A stretch of 48,619 nucleotides of DNA. It comes from an uncultured archaeon. GTDB lineage: Archaea > Altiarchaeota > Altiarchaeia > IMC4 > QMZM01. Shown in pieces: positions 27,451 to 38,024 of this stretch (position 1 is the stretch's first letter; every line of letters begins with the position of its first letter). Location of the stretch: positions 1 through 48,619 of the forward strand of contig CBFCYF010000003.1 of the NCBI GenBank assembly GCA_965602195.1. Direction: 5' to 3'. A program made the translations under genes and the position numbers. The notes below the pieces were generated by a model. The model did not search any database. It was not told the origin of the DNA and saw only the letters and a list, made by a program, of their open reading frames with translations.

Positions 27451-28482
27451 CTACTGCTTGAACTCCTTCAGTGCATAACACAGTAACTTTATGGTGTTAT
27501 CCACATCCCTCCTGCTGAAGGTTCCTGATGGGCCGTGGATGTATCTGCAGGCAACAGAAATAACGCCTGTGGGGACCCCATCCCTTGAAAGATAGATTAT
27601 CGCGCCGTCAGTCATCCCCCCCTCCAAGACATCCACCTGGTAGGGGATCTTATGTTTTTTTGCCGCATCCACAAGCAGTTTCCTCAACTTGGGGTGGGTA
27701 ACCACCCCCCTCCCGGACGCCTCCACCACCGTGATCGCAGGTCCCCCACCCACCTCAAGGCTGGATTCCGTCTTCTTTATCTCAGGGGTTCCCCCGGCAA
27801 TAGTTGTATCTATGGCGAACGCATAATCTGGATCAATCTTGAACGCCGCAACCCTTGCGCCCTTCAAGCCAACCTCCTCCTGAGCCGTCCCCACAGCATA
27901 TACCGTTGCATTAATGCTTTTGGGTATCTTCTCCATCACCTTCAACATAATGTAGCAGCCCACCCTGTTGTCAACGGCCTTCCCGTAATAAGTATCTTTG
28001 CTTAACTGGCCGAAATTCGGTTCAAATATTATCGGGTTACCTACATCAACCCTCCTCTCAGCATCCTTTCTGTTTTTTGCCCCGATGTCAATGAAGAGGC
28101 TATCGTGTTTTATTATCTTCCCTCTCTCCTCCTTTTTCTGGATGTGAGGAGGCTTAGAGCCGATGATTCCATGAACATTACCTTTCTCCCCTCTTATTAT
28201 CACCCTCCTGTTCAGGAGTATCCGATCATCAATGCCGCCTATCTTGACGAAATGGATGAATCCCCCATCACTAATATGCTTGACCATTAAGCCGACTTCA
28301 TCCATATGAGCCGCCAACATAATCTTTCTCTTGCCCTTGCCCTTGCGCCCAATAATGTTGCCGAAATTATCTTCCTCAACAAAGTCACATGATTTCCTTA
28401 ACTCACCGTGCATTATCTTGCGCACATCATCCTCAAACCCTGAAATCCCCGCAGTCAGACACAATTTTTCCATCAGTTTCAT
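27451..28482 (-). CDS. M42-family aminopeptidase (TET-like)
   Basis: AHMDEVG, KAVDNR, QEEVG, YIH. Confidence 0.93.
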   Translation of the reverse strand: MKLMEKLCLTAGISGFEDDVRKIMHGELRKSCDFVEEDNFGNIIGRKGKGKRKIMLAAHMDEVGLMVKHISDGGFIHFVKIGGIDDRILLNRRVIIRGEKGNVHGIIGSKPPHIQKKEERGKIIKHDSLFIDIGAKNRKDAERRVDVGNPIIFEPNFGQLSKDTYYGKAVDNRVGCYIMLKVMEKIPKSINATVYAVGTAQEEVGLKGARVAAFKIDPDYAFAIDTTIAGGTPEIKKTESSLEVGGGPAITVVEASGRGVVTHPKLRKLLVDAAKKHKIPYQVDVLEGGMTDGAIIYLSRDGVPTGVISVACRYIHGPSGTFSRRDVDNTIKLLCYALKEFKQ

Positions 28483-28579
28483 TTTGAATTATAATTTTTA
28501 CAACGCATTTATAGATGAATTACCTATATAATTTAATCGAATAAAAGGATAACGTTTATATCCTATTGAAGGTGCTAAC

Positions 28580-28834
28580 TTGAAGGGAGAGATTAAATCT
28601 TGCTTAGGGGATAAAGTCGTTGTCTCCAGATCTCCACACCCGGATACCCCCTCAGACATTAAATTCTTCAGGAGACTTATTGGGAGAAACACTTTCGTTG
28701 ATAACAAAAAAGTGGGGAGAGTATTTGACATCATAGGCAATACTAAGAACCCATATCTTATTATAAGATTATCCCCTAAATTCAAAAAAACGTGTTCAGA
28801 TTTCTTAGGTAAGAAACTAATTATCCAATCCTAA
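28580..28834 (+). CDS. gar1: Gar1/Naf1 H/ACA RNP protein
   Basis: VGRVFDIIGNTKNPY; conserved position upstream of tfb. Confidence 0.8.
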   Translation: MKGEIKSCLGDKVVVSRSPHPDTPSDIKFFRRLIGRNTFVDNKKVGRVFDIIGNTKNPYLIIRLSPKFKKTCSDFLGKKLIIQS

Positions 28835-28839
28835 AAAAA

Positions 28840-29775
28840 ATGCTTGGATCTGATAAACCGATGGATGGAAAACTTAATGCAATCTGTAAACACTGTGGCG
28901 GTAGCAAATTTATCACAGATCACGTGCATGGGGAGATAGTATGCGGCAGCTGTGGCACAGTAAAGGAGGAGGGCTTATTTGATTTTGGTCCTGAATGGAG
29001 GGGCTTCAACGAGGAACAGAGAAGCATGAGGGCAAGAACAGGCGGACTGGTGAGGTATGCTAAACTCAATAAGGGGCTGACCACCGAAATCGACAGATAT
29101 GACAGGGATATCAGGGGGGGCTCAATCCAACCCGAGAGAAAAGCTCAACTCTATAGACTCAGGAAGTGGCAGAGGAGATCCAGGATGTCCAGCTCCATAC
29201 AGAGGAACCTCTCCATCGCCCTGCCTGAGCTGGACAGGATATGCAGCTACCTGAATATCTCAGACAACCTTAAGGAGGAATGTGCCATGTGGTACAGGAA
29301 GGCTGCAGGAAAAGGCCTGGTTAAGGGCAGATCAATAGAGTGCGTGGTGGCAGCCATCATCTACCTGATCTCAAGACAACATAAACTGCCTAAAACCCTT
29401 GAGGAGCTGGAAGAAGCATCCGGGGTGAAGAGGAAGGATATTGGGAGAAGTTATAGGTTTGTCTGCAGGAAGCTGAAGATAAGGATGCCTGTGGCAACGC
29501 CAATGGATTATGTGCCGAGATTCGCATCAGAGCTGGGCTTATCCGGGGCGACGGAGGCGAAAGCTATTGAGATAGTTGAGTGCGCAAGAGAAAAAGGCAT
29601 TACATCAGGGAAAGGCCCCACGGGTGTGGCGGCAGCAGCCATCTATCTCGCCGGAAAACTCACCAACGATAAGCAGACACAGAAGGGAATCGCAGGACAG
29701 CTCACCGGAGTCACCGAAGTAACCATCAGAAACAGATATGAGGAACTAGCAAGGGCCCTGGATATCGAGATTTAG
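28840..29775 (+). CDS. tfb: Transcription initiation factor B
   Basis: Zn ribbon, GPEWR, RLRKWQ, GKGPTG, VTEVTIRNRY. Confidence 0.96.
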   Translation: MLGSDKPMDGKLNAICKHCGGSKFITDHVHGEIVCGSCGTVKEEGLFDFGPEWRGFNEEQRSMRARTGGLVRYAKLNKGLTTEIDRYDRDIRGGSIQPERKAQLYRLRKWQRRSRMSSSIQRNLSIALPELDRICSYLNISDNLKEECAMWYRKAAGKGLVKGRSIECVVAAIIYLISRQHKLPKTLEELEEASGVKRKDIGRSYRFVCRKLKIRMPVATPMDYVPRFASELGLSGATEAKAIEIVECAREKGITSGKGPTGVAAAAIYLAGKLTNDKQTQKGIAGQLTGVTEVTIRNRYEELARALDIEI

Positions 29776-29784
29776 CAGATCAGA

Positions 29785-30426
29785 ATGAACAGGAAAACCA
29801 TGGTGCTCTATGACATCAGTAGACTTCTTAATTCCAGACATGATTCAATTATTATTTCTTCCTCTGAACTGGGTAACCAGCTGGGGGTTTCTCAACAAAC
29901 TGCTTCACGATACCTGATGGAACTTGAGAGGGAAGGTTTGATCAAGAGGGCTGGGGAAGGCAGAAGGTATAGGATCACGATTACGGGGAGGGGAGTTCGC
30001 CTCTTAGCTGATATGCATTCCAGCCTGAATGGGTTTATCAGGGGTGCCCCGGCAGCTGTGGAGGGGGAGGTGGTTACTGGGATGGGGGAAGGCGCTTATT
30101 ATGTCAGGGAATATGCAGACAAGCTTGAGAAGGCGTTGGGGTTCAGGCCGTTCTTTGGGACACTGAATCTGAGGGTGGAGGAATTCTTTATTGATGCAGG
30201 GAAATACGCCGCAGGGGAAATCAGCGAGTTCAGGAAGGGAAACCGTGTCTTTGGAGGGATACAATATATTCCCGTGAAAATCCATGGAGAAACATGGAGT
30301 CACAGTTGTTTCCTGGTCATCCCCAGGAGAGCACACCACAGAAACGAGTTGGAGATCATCAGCAGATTTAATTTAAAGGATAAGTTTCATATCACAGACG
30401 GTGACAGGATAAGGGTGGAGATTTGA
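29785..30426 (+). CDS. ribK: CTP-dependent riboflavin kinase with N-terminal wHTH
   Basis: SQQTASR HTH; GMGEGAYY; PFFGTLN. Confidence 0.92.
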   Translation: MNRKTMVLYDISRLLNSRHDSIIISSSELGNQLGVSQQTASRYLMELEREGLIKRAGEGRRYRITITGRGVRLLADMHSSLNGFIRGAPAAVEGEVVTGMGEGAYYVREYADKLEKALGFRPFFGTLNLRVEEFFIDAGKYAAGEISEFRKGNRVFGGIQYIPVKIHGETWSHSCFLVIPRRAHHRNELEIISRFNLKDKFHITDGDRIRVEI

Positions 30427-30498
30427 CTTACCTGGAGATTTCAGTTGCAGGGGTCTGTGAGACCAAGATTATTATACATTAAATCATTGATTATTTGG

Positions 30499-30630
30499 AT
30501 GGATAACGAAACAGGATGTCTGCTGTCCATGATAAAAGATAATCGAGATGAGCTGGATAGGCGGATGGATAGACTCAGACAGAGAATACAGCAATACAAG
30601 CTCCTTCTGGGCGGAGGCGACTGGATATAA
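30499..30630 (+). CDS. Small coiled-coil hypothetical protein
   Basis: 43-aa ORF after a TTATA box. Confidence 0.35.
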   Translation: MDNETGCLLSMIKDNRDELDRRMDRLRQRIQQYKLLLGGGDWI

Positions 30631-30695
30631 TCTAGTATATTTATAATACATGTGAGATTAATATAAACATATAAAAAGAATTTGGAGTATTAAAA

Positions 30696-31553
30696 ATGAC
30701 TAAGAAAATAGGGATTTTATTGGTTATGTTGGTTATGTTCGGTGGATGTATAGGTGGTCCACCGCAGGAGACAACCTCGACAGTTGAAAGTGAAGCAGGC
30801 ACAACAGTTAAAGATGATGCAACCTCAACAGTTAAAGATGATGCAACCTCAACAGTTAAAGATGATGCAACCTCAACAGTTAAAGATGAGGCAGATACAA
30901 CAGTTAAAGATGAGGCAGATACAGCATCAGGGATATCCTTTGAGGACTTATTCAACCTCGGCAAACCCACAGGATACACGGTGGAATATGACATAACGAT
31001 GAGCAACGAGGGGTGGGATACGACTATGACGCAGAAGCACTATGTTAAAGACAATAAACTCAGGATGGACAGCATCGCCGACGCAGAAGGCCAGGGAATA
31101 GAGACGCGGGCTTATAGCATCCCCAAGGGAACATATATGTGCTCAAAAGCCGGGCAAACATGGACGTGTTTCGGATCAGATGCAGAGGATATCGATGAAG
31201 GTGCAGACACCGGGGCAGAGGACTTCATGACAGATTTCGAGGGCGACATGGGCAATGTAGCTTACGATGGGACACAGCAGATAGCGGGAGTTAACGCAGT
31301 TTGCTATAAATACAGTGTAGAGGGAGAGTGGAGGGTATGTGTACATCCAACAATGTACCTGTCTCTTTTGGTTGAGGGGGAGAATTTCCAGATGATAGCA
31401 AAAAGCGTGGACCTGAGTTCCCCGGCAGACAGTGTCTTTGAGCTTCCCGCAGAACCCATGGACCTAGGAGATTTAACGGGCGACCCCTGCGCTATCTGCG
31501 CCATGATGCCGGATGAAGAATCAAAAGCAGATTGTCTGGCTTCCTGCAAGTGA
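30696..31553 (+). CDS. Acidic lipoprotein with octapeptide tandem repeats
   Basis: FGGC lipobox, TVKDDATS repeats, LolA-like beta domain (KLRMD...FELP). Confidence 0.8.
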   Translation: MTKKIGILLVMLVMFGGCIGGPPQETTSTVESEAGTTVKDDATSTVKDDATSTVKDDATSTVKDEADTTVKDEADTASGISFEDLFNLGKPTGYTVEYDITMSNEGWDTTMTQKHYVKDNKLRMDSIADAEGQGIETRAYSIPKGTYMCSKAGQTWTCFGSDAEDIDEGADTGAEDFMTDFEGDMGNVAYDGTQQIAGVNAVCYKYSVEGEWRVCVHPTMYLSLLVEGENFQMIAKSVDLSSPADSVFELPAEPMDLGDLTGDPCAICAMMPDEESKADCLASCK

Positions 31554-31737
31554 CCAACCTTCTTTTTTTCTATTTTTTTTTTGTTGAATCAGAGGATATT
31601 CACGAGAAATAAGGAAATTCCTGAAAGGAATTTGTTGGCTATTGGAAAAAGACCAATTTTTGCAAGCAAAGGGCCTAGAGGCTCTTTCTTATTATAGAAT
31701 ATGGCTATACTTTATAATTCAGTAAGAAACCCTAAGG

Positions 31738-32160
31738 CTAAGAGGCCTTAGTGAAAGTCATATTCTGGGGTTCCGCATCGACCCTGGGAAGTCTCAGGGG
31801 TAGGGGAAGCCTGAGTTTTTTTGCGATATCCAGGGATTCAACGATGGATTCCCGTATTATGGTCGTGGATATGTTCTTGATCAACTGCGGATCCAATTCC
31901 AGCTTATCCCCGCCATCCTTCACCAGCTTATCCATGTTCTCCTCCTGATACCATAAATAGCCCTTCAGCTGCATGTCACCTACATTAGGTTTATAGGTGA
32001 CGTCGAACTCGAAGTTCACCAATAGAAAATCCTTGCCATCATCTCTTTTATCTCTCTTCACAGAAACAATCTTGAAGTTGGATCTCACATCAACGCTTCC
32101 TGCCTCCTTCTCTGTTCTGGTGCCTCCTAAATCCGTAATCCTAAAATTTATTACAGGCAT
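31738..32160 (-). CDS. Arcadin-1/SecB-like conserved archaeal protein
   Basis: FEFDVTYKPNVG..LKG and LRLPLPLRLPRV pattern. Confidence 0.6.
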   Translation of the reverse strand: MPVINFRITDLGGTRTEKEAGSVDVRSNFKIVSVKRDKRDDGKDFLLVNFEFDVTYKPNVGDMQLKGYLWYQEENMDKLVKDGGDKLELDPQLIKNISTTIIRESIVESLDIAKKLRLPLPLRLPRVDAEPQNMTFTKAS

Positions 32161-32213
32161 TTTTTTTATCCTCTCATTATTTATGCGATTCCATGTAAAA
32201 GAAACCCCCCTGC

Positions 32214-33245
32214 TCAGGGATGCTCGCTTACAAGGGAAAGACCGAGTCTCTCATCCCACCCAAACATCAGGTTCATGTTCTGGATTCCCTGGCTTGAGCC
32301 GCCTTTCCCCAGATTATCGAGGACGCTTATGATCAGTATTCTCTTCGTATGCTGATCCATGTTGACGCTGATGTCACAGAAATTCGTTCCAGCCACATCC
32401 ATGGGGTTAGGCAGCTCATCTTCACCCTCCATAACCCTTACAAAGAACTCATCTCTGTAGCGGGCAGTATATTTCTCCCCGACCTCCTCATCCAATCCAC
32501 TTGAGAATATATTGATGAAGGAAACTATTCCCCTGCGCATATTAGAAACTGCCGGGGTGAAGGATATCTTCATATCCTCCCTGAAGACATCCTCAAGTAT
32601 GAACTCCATCTCCGGCCTGTGTCTGTGATACACGACCTTGTATGGCCTGAAATTATCGCACATCTCCGGGTGATGAGCGAAGATGGAAGGTGATGCCCCT
32701 GCCCCTGATGATCCGGAAACCGCGTTGACAACAATCTTCTGCAGATCCAGCTTATCCCTGAAGGGTTCAAGAGGCAGGATTCCCAAAAGGAATGATGTGG
32801 GATAGCATCCCGGGTTTGTGACAAACCTGGCTTTCCTGATCTTATCCCTATAGATTTCAGGAAGACCATAGACCCTCTCACTTAATAAGCCCTCATCTGT
32901 CGGGCCGCCGTAAACCTCTTCATCGATCCGGGCATCCTGGATCCTGAATTTACCGCCCATGGTTATTACCTTAATTCCCCTCTCAAGCAGCTTAGGGACA
33001 TCCGAAATCCATTTTCCCGGCGGAGCTGCAATAAAAACGACATCAGCATCCACCTCATCAGCCTTGAACCTAGCGAACTCTACGTCAAGAACTCCCTTCA
33101 AGTTCCTTTGTATGGATGATATGGGCGTTCCCTCATACTTTCTGGATGTTGGTTTAATGTTCTGTACTTTAGGGTGGCCAACCAGAAGCCTGACCAGCTC
33201 CCTGCCCATATACCCTGAAGCTCCCACCACTTCTACGTTAACCAT
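32214..33245 (-). CDS. argC: N-acetyl-gamma-glutamyl-phosphate reductase
   Basis: GASGYMG, YGLPE, NPGCYPT, HRHRPE, DNLGKG. Confidence 0.93.
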   Translation of the reverse strand: MVNVEVVGASGYMGRELVRLLVGHPKVQNIKPTSRKYEGTPISSIQRNLKGVLDVEFARFKADEVDADVVFIAAPPGKWISDVPKLLERGIKVITMGGKFRIQDARIDEEVYGGPTDEGLLSERVYGLPEIYRDKIRKARFVTNPGCYPTSFLLGILPLEPFRDKLDLQKIVVNAVSGSSGAGASPSIFAHHPEMCDNFRPYKVVYHRHRPEMEFILEDVFREDMKISFTPAVSNMRRGIVSFINIFSSGLDEEVGEKYTARYRDEFFVRVMEGEDELPNPMDVAGTNFCDISVNMDQHTKRILIISVLDNLGKGGSSQGIQNMNLMFGWDERLGLSLVSEHP

Positions 33246-33261
33246 CGTGACCTATAGTATA

Positions 33262-33459
33262 TTATTTAGCCAGCTTTATGTCATCAGAGTTCACAGTCTT
33301 TCTTCCGGCGTGTTTAGCTAACTTTATCGCCCTCTCGGAGATTCTGTTTGCGCTCTCCTCCAGGATGTCTCTGAGTTCCTCTGTTGCGTCCTCACTAACT
33401 CTTTCTGCACCAGCGTTCCGGATAATCCTCTCTATGGGGGCAAGGGGTAATTCAGCCAT
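33262..33459 (-). CDS. Archaeal histone (HMf family)
   Basis: [11 protein letters not shown]...AGAERVS...HAGRKTV. Confidence 0.96.
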   Translation of the reverse strand: MAELPLAPIERIIRNAGAERVSEDATEELRDILEESANRISERAIKLAKHAGRKTVNSDDIKLAK

Positions 33460-33595
33460 ATCGCACCTCCTTTATGCTCCATGATAACTTAATTTAATAA
33501 GTATGTTCCTATAAATATAGGCGAATAGATGGTTTTTATTTTATCATGATCAATACTAATAATTACTTTCGAGAGTATAAAATGAGGTGTTGATT

Positions 33596-36052
33596 ATGTC
33601 AGACAAGGATGCGAGGTTCATATTATGGTTTGATGAGATTTCCATAGAGGATGTGCCATTAGTAGGTGGAAAGAATGCTTCCTTAGGGGAGATGATCCGG
33701 GAATTAACAGATGAAGGAGTTAATGTCCCAAACGGGTTTGCCATAACAGCCAAAGCATATGAGCATTTATTGAAGGAGGGAGGCATAGAAGACGACATAA
33801 AAGAGATACTATCTGATCTGGACGTGCACGACATACATAACCTCCAGGAAAGAGGCAGAAAGATCAGGAAACTAATAAGGGAGACAGAGATACCAGCGGA
33901 TCTGGAGGAGGAGATAGTGGAGGCCTACCGGAAGATGAGCTCCAGACTCGGATACGATGAGAACCCGGATGTTGCAGTCAGGAGCAGCGCAACCGCAGAA
34001 GATCTACCTGACGCCTCCTTCGCAGGACAACAGGAGACATACCTCAACATCAGAGGAGAGCAGATGCTTCTGGATTCATGCAGGAACTGCTTTGCGTCAC
34101 TCTTCACGGACAGAGCCATATCCTATAGGGAGGATAAAGGCTTCAACCACTTCGACGTCCACCTCTCCATCGGAGTGCAGAAGATGATACGTTCGGATGC
34201 CGCATCCTCAGGTGTATTATTCACCATCGACACAGAGTCTGGCTTCAAGAACGCTGTTTACATAACCGGCTCCTACGGCCTGGGTGAGAACGTCGTTCAG
34301 GGGGCGGTGAACCCCGACGAATTCTATGTCTTCAAGCCCACCCTAGGTAGGGGATATAAGCCAATCATCGGAAAGAAACTCGGATCAAAGAAGCTGAAGA
34401 TGATATATGCTGAGGAAGGCGTGAAGAATATTAAGGCAGATGAGGATGAGAGGAACAGTTTCTGCATAGAGGAGGATGAGGTCCTTAAACTCGCCAAGTG
34501 GGCGTGTATCATAGAAGACCACTACAGCAGGAAAGCCGGAGACTTTAGACCCATGGATGTGGAATGGGCAAAGGACGGCGACGGAGAGAGAGTGGGCTCA
34601 GGTAAACTTTTTATTGTGCAGGCGAGGCCGGAAACAGTTCACTCCCAGAAGGATGCGTCAATCATAAAGACATATGTTCTGAAGGAGAAGGGCAGGGTAC
34701 TGGCTGAAGGGCAGGCGGTCGGTGAGATGATCGGCCAAGGCGAGGTTAATAACATTGAATCATCTGAAGACATCCATAAATTCAAAAAAGGGCAGGTTCT
34801 TGTCACAGACATGACTGATCCGGACTGGGAGCCTATTATGAAGATAGCATCAGCTATTGTTACCAACCGGGGCGGCAGGACGTGTCATGCAGCCATTGTC
34901 TCAAGGGAGCTCGGGATTCCGTGTGTGATAGGAAGCGATAACGGCACCGAGGCCTTAAGCAGCGGACTTAAGGTAACGGTTTCATGTGCAGAAGGTGAGA
35001 AGGGAAAAATATATGAGGGTCTGCTGGAGTATGAGATCCAGGAGGTTAACCTGGATAAGCTCCCGGATACCAAGACAAAGATTATGATGAATGTTGGTAT
35101 CCCGGACAAGGCTTTTGTGGAGAGCCAGATCCCCAACGACGGGGTGGGTCTGGCCCGGGAGGAGTTCATTATTAACTCGTATATAGGTATACACCCCCTT
35201 GCCTTGATCCACTATGAGCAGCTGAAGAAGAAAATAGGGGATGATAAGAGAATAGCTAAGCTCATAGAGACAATAGATAGGAATACCCAGGCCTATGATA
35301 ATAAAGTGGATTTCTTCATAGAGCAGCTTGCCATGGGCGTGAGTAGAATTGCCGCAGGATTTTACCCTAATGATGTTATAGTAAGGCTCTCTGATTTCAA
35401 GAGCAATGAATACGCTAACCTGGTTGGAGGGTACCTGTATGAGCCGGAGGAAAGTAATCCCATGATCGGGTGGAGGGGGGCGTCCCGCTACTACGATGAT
35501 GATTTCAAGCCAGCCTTCGGCTTGGAGTGTAAGGCGATAAAGAAAGCCAGGGATGAGATGGGCTTAACCAATATTAAGGTGATGGTGCCTTTCTGCAGGA
35601 CTGTGGAGGAGGGCAAAAAAGTAATTAAGGTGATGGAGGAATTCGGTTTAAAGCAGGGGGAAAATGATCTTGAGGTCTATGTTATGTGTGAGATTCCCTC
35701 TAACGTTATCCTGGCAGATCAGTTTGCGGAGATATTTGATGGATTCAGCATCGGCAGCAATGACCTGACCCAGCTGACGTTGGGGTTGGATCGTGACTCG
35801 GAGCTGGTGGCAGAGATATATGATGAGAGGAATGATGCAGTGAAGAGGCTGATTAAATCCGTGATAGAAACAGCAAAGGAGAAAGGCAGGAAGATAGGTA
35901 TCTGCGGGCAGGCTCCATCTGATTTTGATGAATTCGCCACCTTCCTTGTGGAGTGCGGGATTGATTCTATCTCCCTTAACCCCGACACTGTGATAAAAAC
36001 TAAACTGAAGATAGCTGAAAAGGAAAAGGAACTTGGGATCTCCCCTGAATGA
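33596..36052 (+). CDS. ppsA: Phosphoenolpyruvate synthase
   Basis: VGGKNASLGE, RSSATAED, GGRTCHAAI, FSIGSNDL. Confidence 0.97.
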   Translation: MSDKDARFILWFDEISIEDVPLVGGKNASLGEMIRELTDEGVNVPNGFAITAKAYEHLLKEGGIEDDIKEILSDLDVHDIHNLQERGRKIRKLIRETEIPADLEEEIVEAYRKMSSRLGYDENPDVAVRSSATAEDLPDASFAGQQETYLNIRGEQMLLDSCRNCFASLFTDRAISYREDKGFNHFDVHLSIGVQKMIRSDAASSGVLFTIDTESGFKNAVYITGSYGLGENVVQGAVNPDEFYVFKPTLGRGYKPIIGKKLGSKKLKMIYAEEGVKNIKADEDERNSFCIEEDEVLKLAKWACIIEDHYSRKAGDFRPMDVEWAKDGDGERVGSGKLFIVQARPETVHSQKDASIIKTYVLKEKGRVLAEGQAVGEMIGQGEVNNIESSEDIHKFKKGQVLVTDMTDPDWEPIMKIASAIVTNRGGRTCHAAIVSRELGIPCVIGSDNGTEALSSGLKVTVSCAEGEKGKIYEGLLEYEIQEVNLDKLPDTKTKIMMNVGIPDKAFVESQIPNDGVGLAREEFIINSYIGIHPLALIHYEQLKKKIGDDKRIAKLIETIDRNTQAYDNKVDFFIEQLAMGVSRIAAGFYPNDVIVRLSDFKSNEYANLVGGYLYEPEESNPMIGWRGASRYYDDDFKPAFGLECKAIKKARDEMGLTNIKVMVPFCRTVEEGKKVIKVMEEFGLKQGENDLEVYVMCEIPSNVILADQFAEIFDGFSIGSNDLTQLTLGLDRDSELVAEIYDERNDAVKRLIKSVIETAKEKGRKIGICGQAPSDFDEFATFLVECGIDSISLNPDTVIKTKLKIAEKEKELGISPE

Positions 36053-36290
36053 ACACATCATCTCCTACGGTTTAGGCATAATTCACTTGTAATGAGATAA
36101 GATGGGTTTGCATTTCTCGCATTTCCATGCCTCTTTCATAAATAAATGCTTTTCCTTCATTACTCTAATAATTTCTGGTTTATCTGACCAATTTACACTC
36201 AAAAATCAAAAACGTAACACATGTGAGGGATAGTACACTTTCTCAAATCCATTACATTTATATAGCCCAAAGACAAAATTTAATTATAAA

Positions 36291-38018
36291 ATGAGTTCTA
36301 AGAAGTTCATCTTGGCCTTGATCCTGATAACAGGGATGCTTGCTTCCTCCCTCATGGCCAGTGCTTTATGCACTATAGAGGCAAAGGATGAGGCAAAATC
36401 ACACTTTGTGGTTGAAACCTGCACAGATATAGGCACGTTCTCTCTCGGAAATTACTATAAAAACTGGGAGGAATTAACGTATAATTATCCACAGCCATGG
36501 AAAGGAACCTTTATCACGATAAACGCCAATAATAAGCTGTACTCCAACTCTCCTTATGCGAAAGGTTCTGTGCACATGGATCCCTATGTTCTGGAATCCC
36601 CTCACATAATCGGTGATTCTATCGTAACAAAATGGAGGCTGCCTGAGGGAATCATCGTAGAACAGAAACTTGAGATGATCCCGGACGGGTCCATGATAAA
36701 GATCGATATCGGAAACCCCACCACCCAGGATATGAAGGTTGGGGCGAGGATATCCCTGGATACCAAGCTGTACGGAAAAGATGGTGCAACAATATTTATT
36801 CCTGGAATAGGTTTCATAGCAAATGAGGGACTATATACCTCAGAAGTAGGGTCTCTCAGGCTACAGGATTCCATAGACGACCCCTCAGTTGTGGCGATGA
36901 TCGACTTCTCTGAGAAGGAAATCAAACCAGACAGATTAGTAATAGCGAACTGGAAGAAGACCTATGTAAGCGGCTGGGATTACGAGGTTGACATATCCAG
37001 GTCAATAAAATCGGATTCTGCGGTGATTCTCTACTACGATCCTAAAACAATAAATGCGGGAGGGAAAATAGGATACGGGGTTTATTATGGGAAGATCGAG
37101 GAAACCTGTTCAGATGGTATCAGAAATCAGGGTGAGATAGATGTAGACTGCGGAGGTCCCTGCAATCCGTGTTCTATCGGAAAGTCATGTAGTGTTAACT
37201 CAGATTGTGAATCCGGTTATTGTTATAATGGTGTCTGTAAGGTTGCTTCATGCTCAGATGGTATCAGAAATCAGGGTGAAGCAGATGTAGACTGCGGAGG
37301 TCCCTGCAGTCCGTGTTCTATCGGAAAGTCATGTACTGTTAACTCAGATTGTGAATCCGGTTACTGCCATGATGGGAGGTGCGAATCAGCGCCTATTCTG
37401 AGACCCGATATGATCCTGATTCTTGCCATTATATTAGTTGCTTTCTTGCTGGTAGTGTTGGTGCGTGTGCGGAAAAAGAAGGCACCTGTACCGCCAAAAG
37501 TGCCAGAGAAGGTACCCGAGAAAGTACCTGAAAAGATAGTACCGGAGAAGGTACCTGTACCGCCAAAAGTACCTGAAAAGATAGTACCGGAGAAGGTACC
37601 TGAGAAAGTACCTGTACCGCCAAAAGTACCTGAAAAGGTAGTGCCTGTAGAGATACTGCCAGGGGTTGGGAAAGTAATCGCCAGCAAATCTAATAAAGGA
37701 AACAATGTGACTCTGGCTGTCTCAAATAAGAGTAATCAAGATCTTGGGGGTTGTGTGGTTGAGGATGGAATACCAGAAGATATCGAGATGGGGGATATCG
37801 GAGGTATCGAAGGAGATACGTTATGGTTTGAAGGAGACATTGTATCAGGTGAAAAGAAATCTATGGGATTAATGTGGCGTGTGGGAGACCTGGCGTCCGG
37901 TAAAAAGAAGACTGTAGATTATAGTATCAACACAGATACAGAAAAACTTCCACCTATAAAGAGGATAATCTTCCTGACTCAGGAATTGGTTAAGGCAGAA
38001 ATCCTCAGAAAGAAATAA
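36291..38018 (+). CDS. Single-pass membrane protein: extracellular beta domain, two Cys-rich repeats, TM, PKVPEK linker, cytoplasmic domain
   Basis: CSDGIRNQGExDVDCGGPC x2; hydrophobic TM; Pro/Val/Lys/Glu repeats. Confidence 0.8.
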   Translation: MSSKKFILALILITGMLASSLMASALCTIEAKDEAKSHFVVETCTDIGTFSLGNYYKNWEELTYNYPQPWKGTFITINANNKLYSNSPYAKGSVHMDPYVLESPHIIGDSIVTKWRLPEGIIVEQKLEMIPDGSMIKIDIGNPTTQDMKVGARISLDTKLYGKDGATIFIPGIGFIANEGLYTSEVGSLRLQDSIDDPSVVAMIDFSEKEIKPDRLVIANWKKTYVSGWDYEVDISRSIKSDSAVILYYDPKTINAGGKIGYGVYYGKIEETCSDGIRNQGEIDVDCGGPCNPCSIGKSCSVNSDCESGYCYNGVCKVASCSDGIRNQGEADVDCGGPCSPCSIGKSCTVNSDCESGYCHDGRCESAPILRPDMILILAIILVAFLLVVLVRVRKKKAPVPPKVPEKVPEKVPEKIVPEKVPVPPKVPEKIVPEKVPEKVPVPPKVPEKVVPVEILPGVGKVIASKSNKGNNVTLAVSNKSNQDLGGCVVEDGIPEDIEMGDIGGIEGDTLWFEGDIVSGEKKSMGLMWRVGDLASGKKKTVDYSINTDTEKLPPIKRIIFLTQELVKAEILRKK

Positions 38019-38024
38019 AAAAAA

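Noticed and set aside
10618-36052. Plus-strand shift from A/C-rich to G-rich codon endings as a replication origin or terminus
   Set aside because: The bias seems to flip repeatedly, even within ppsA; no cdc6/orc1 or ORB repeats seen; cannot be quantified by eye
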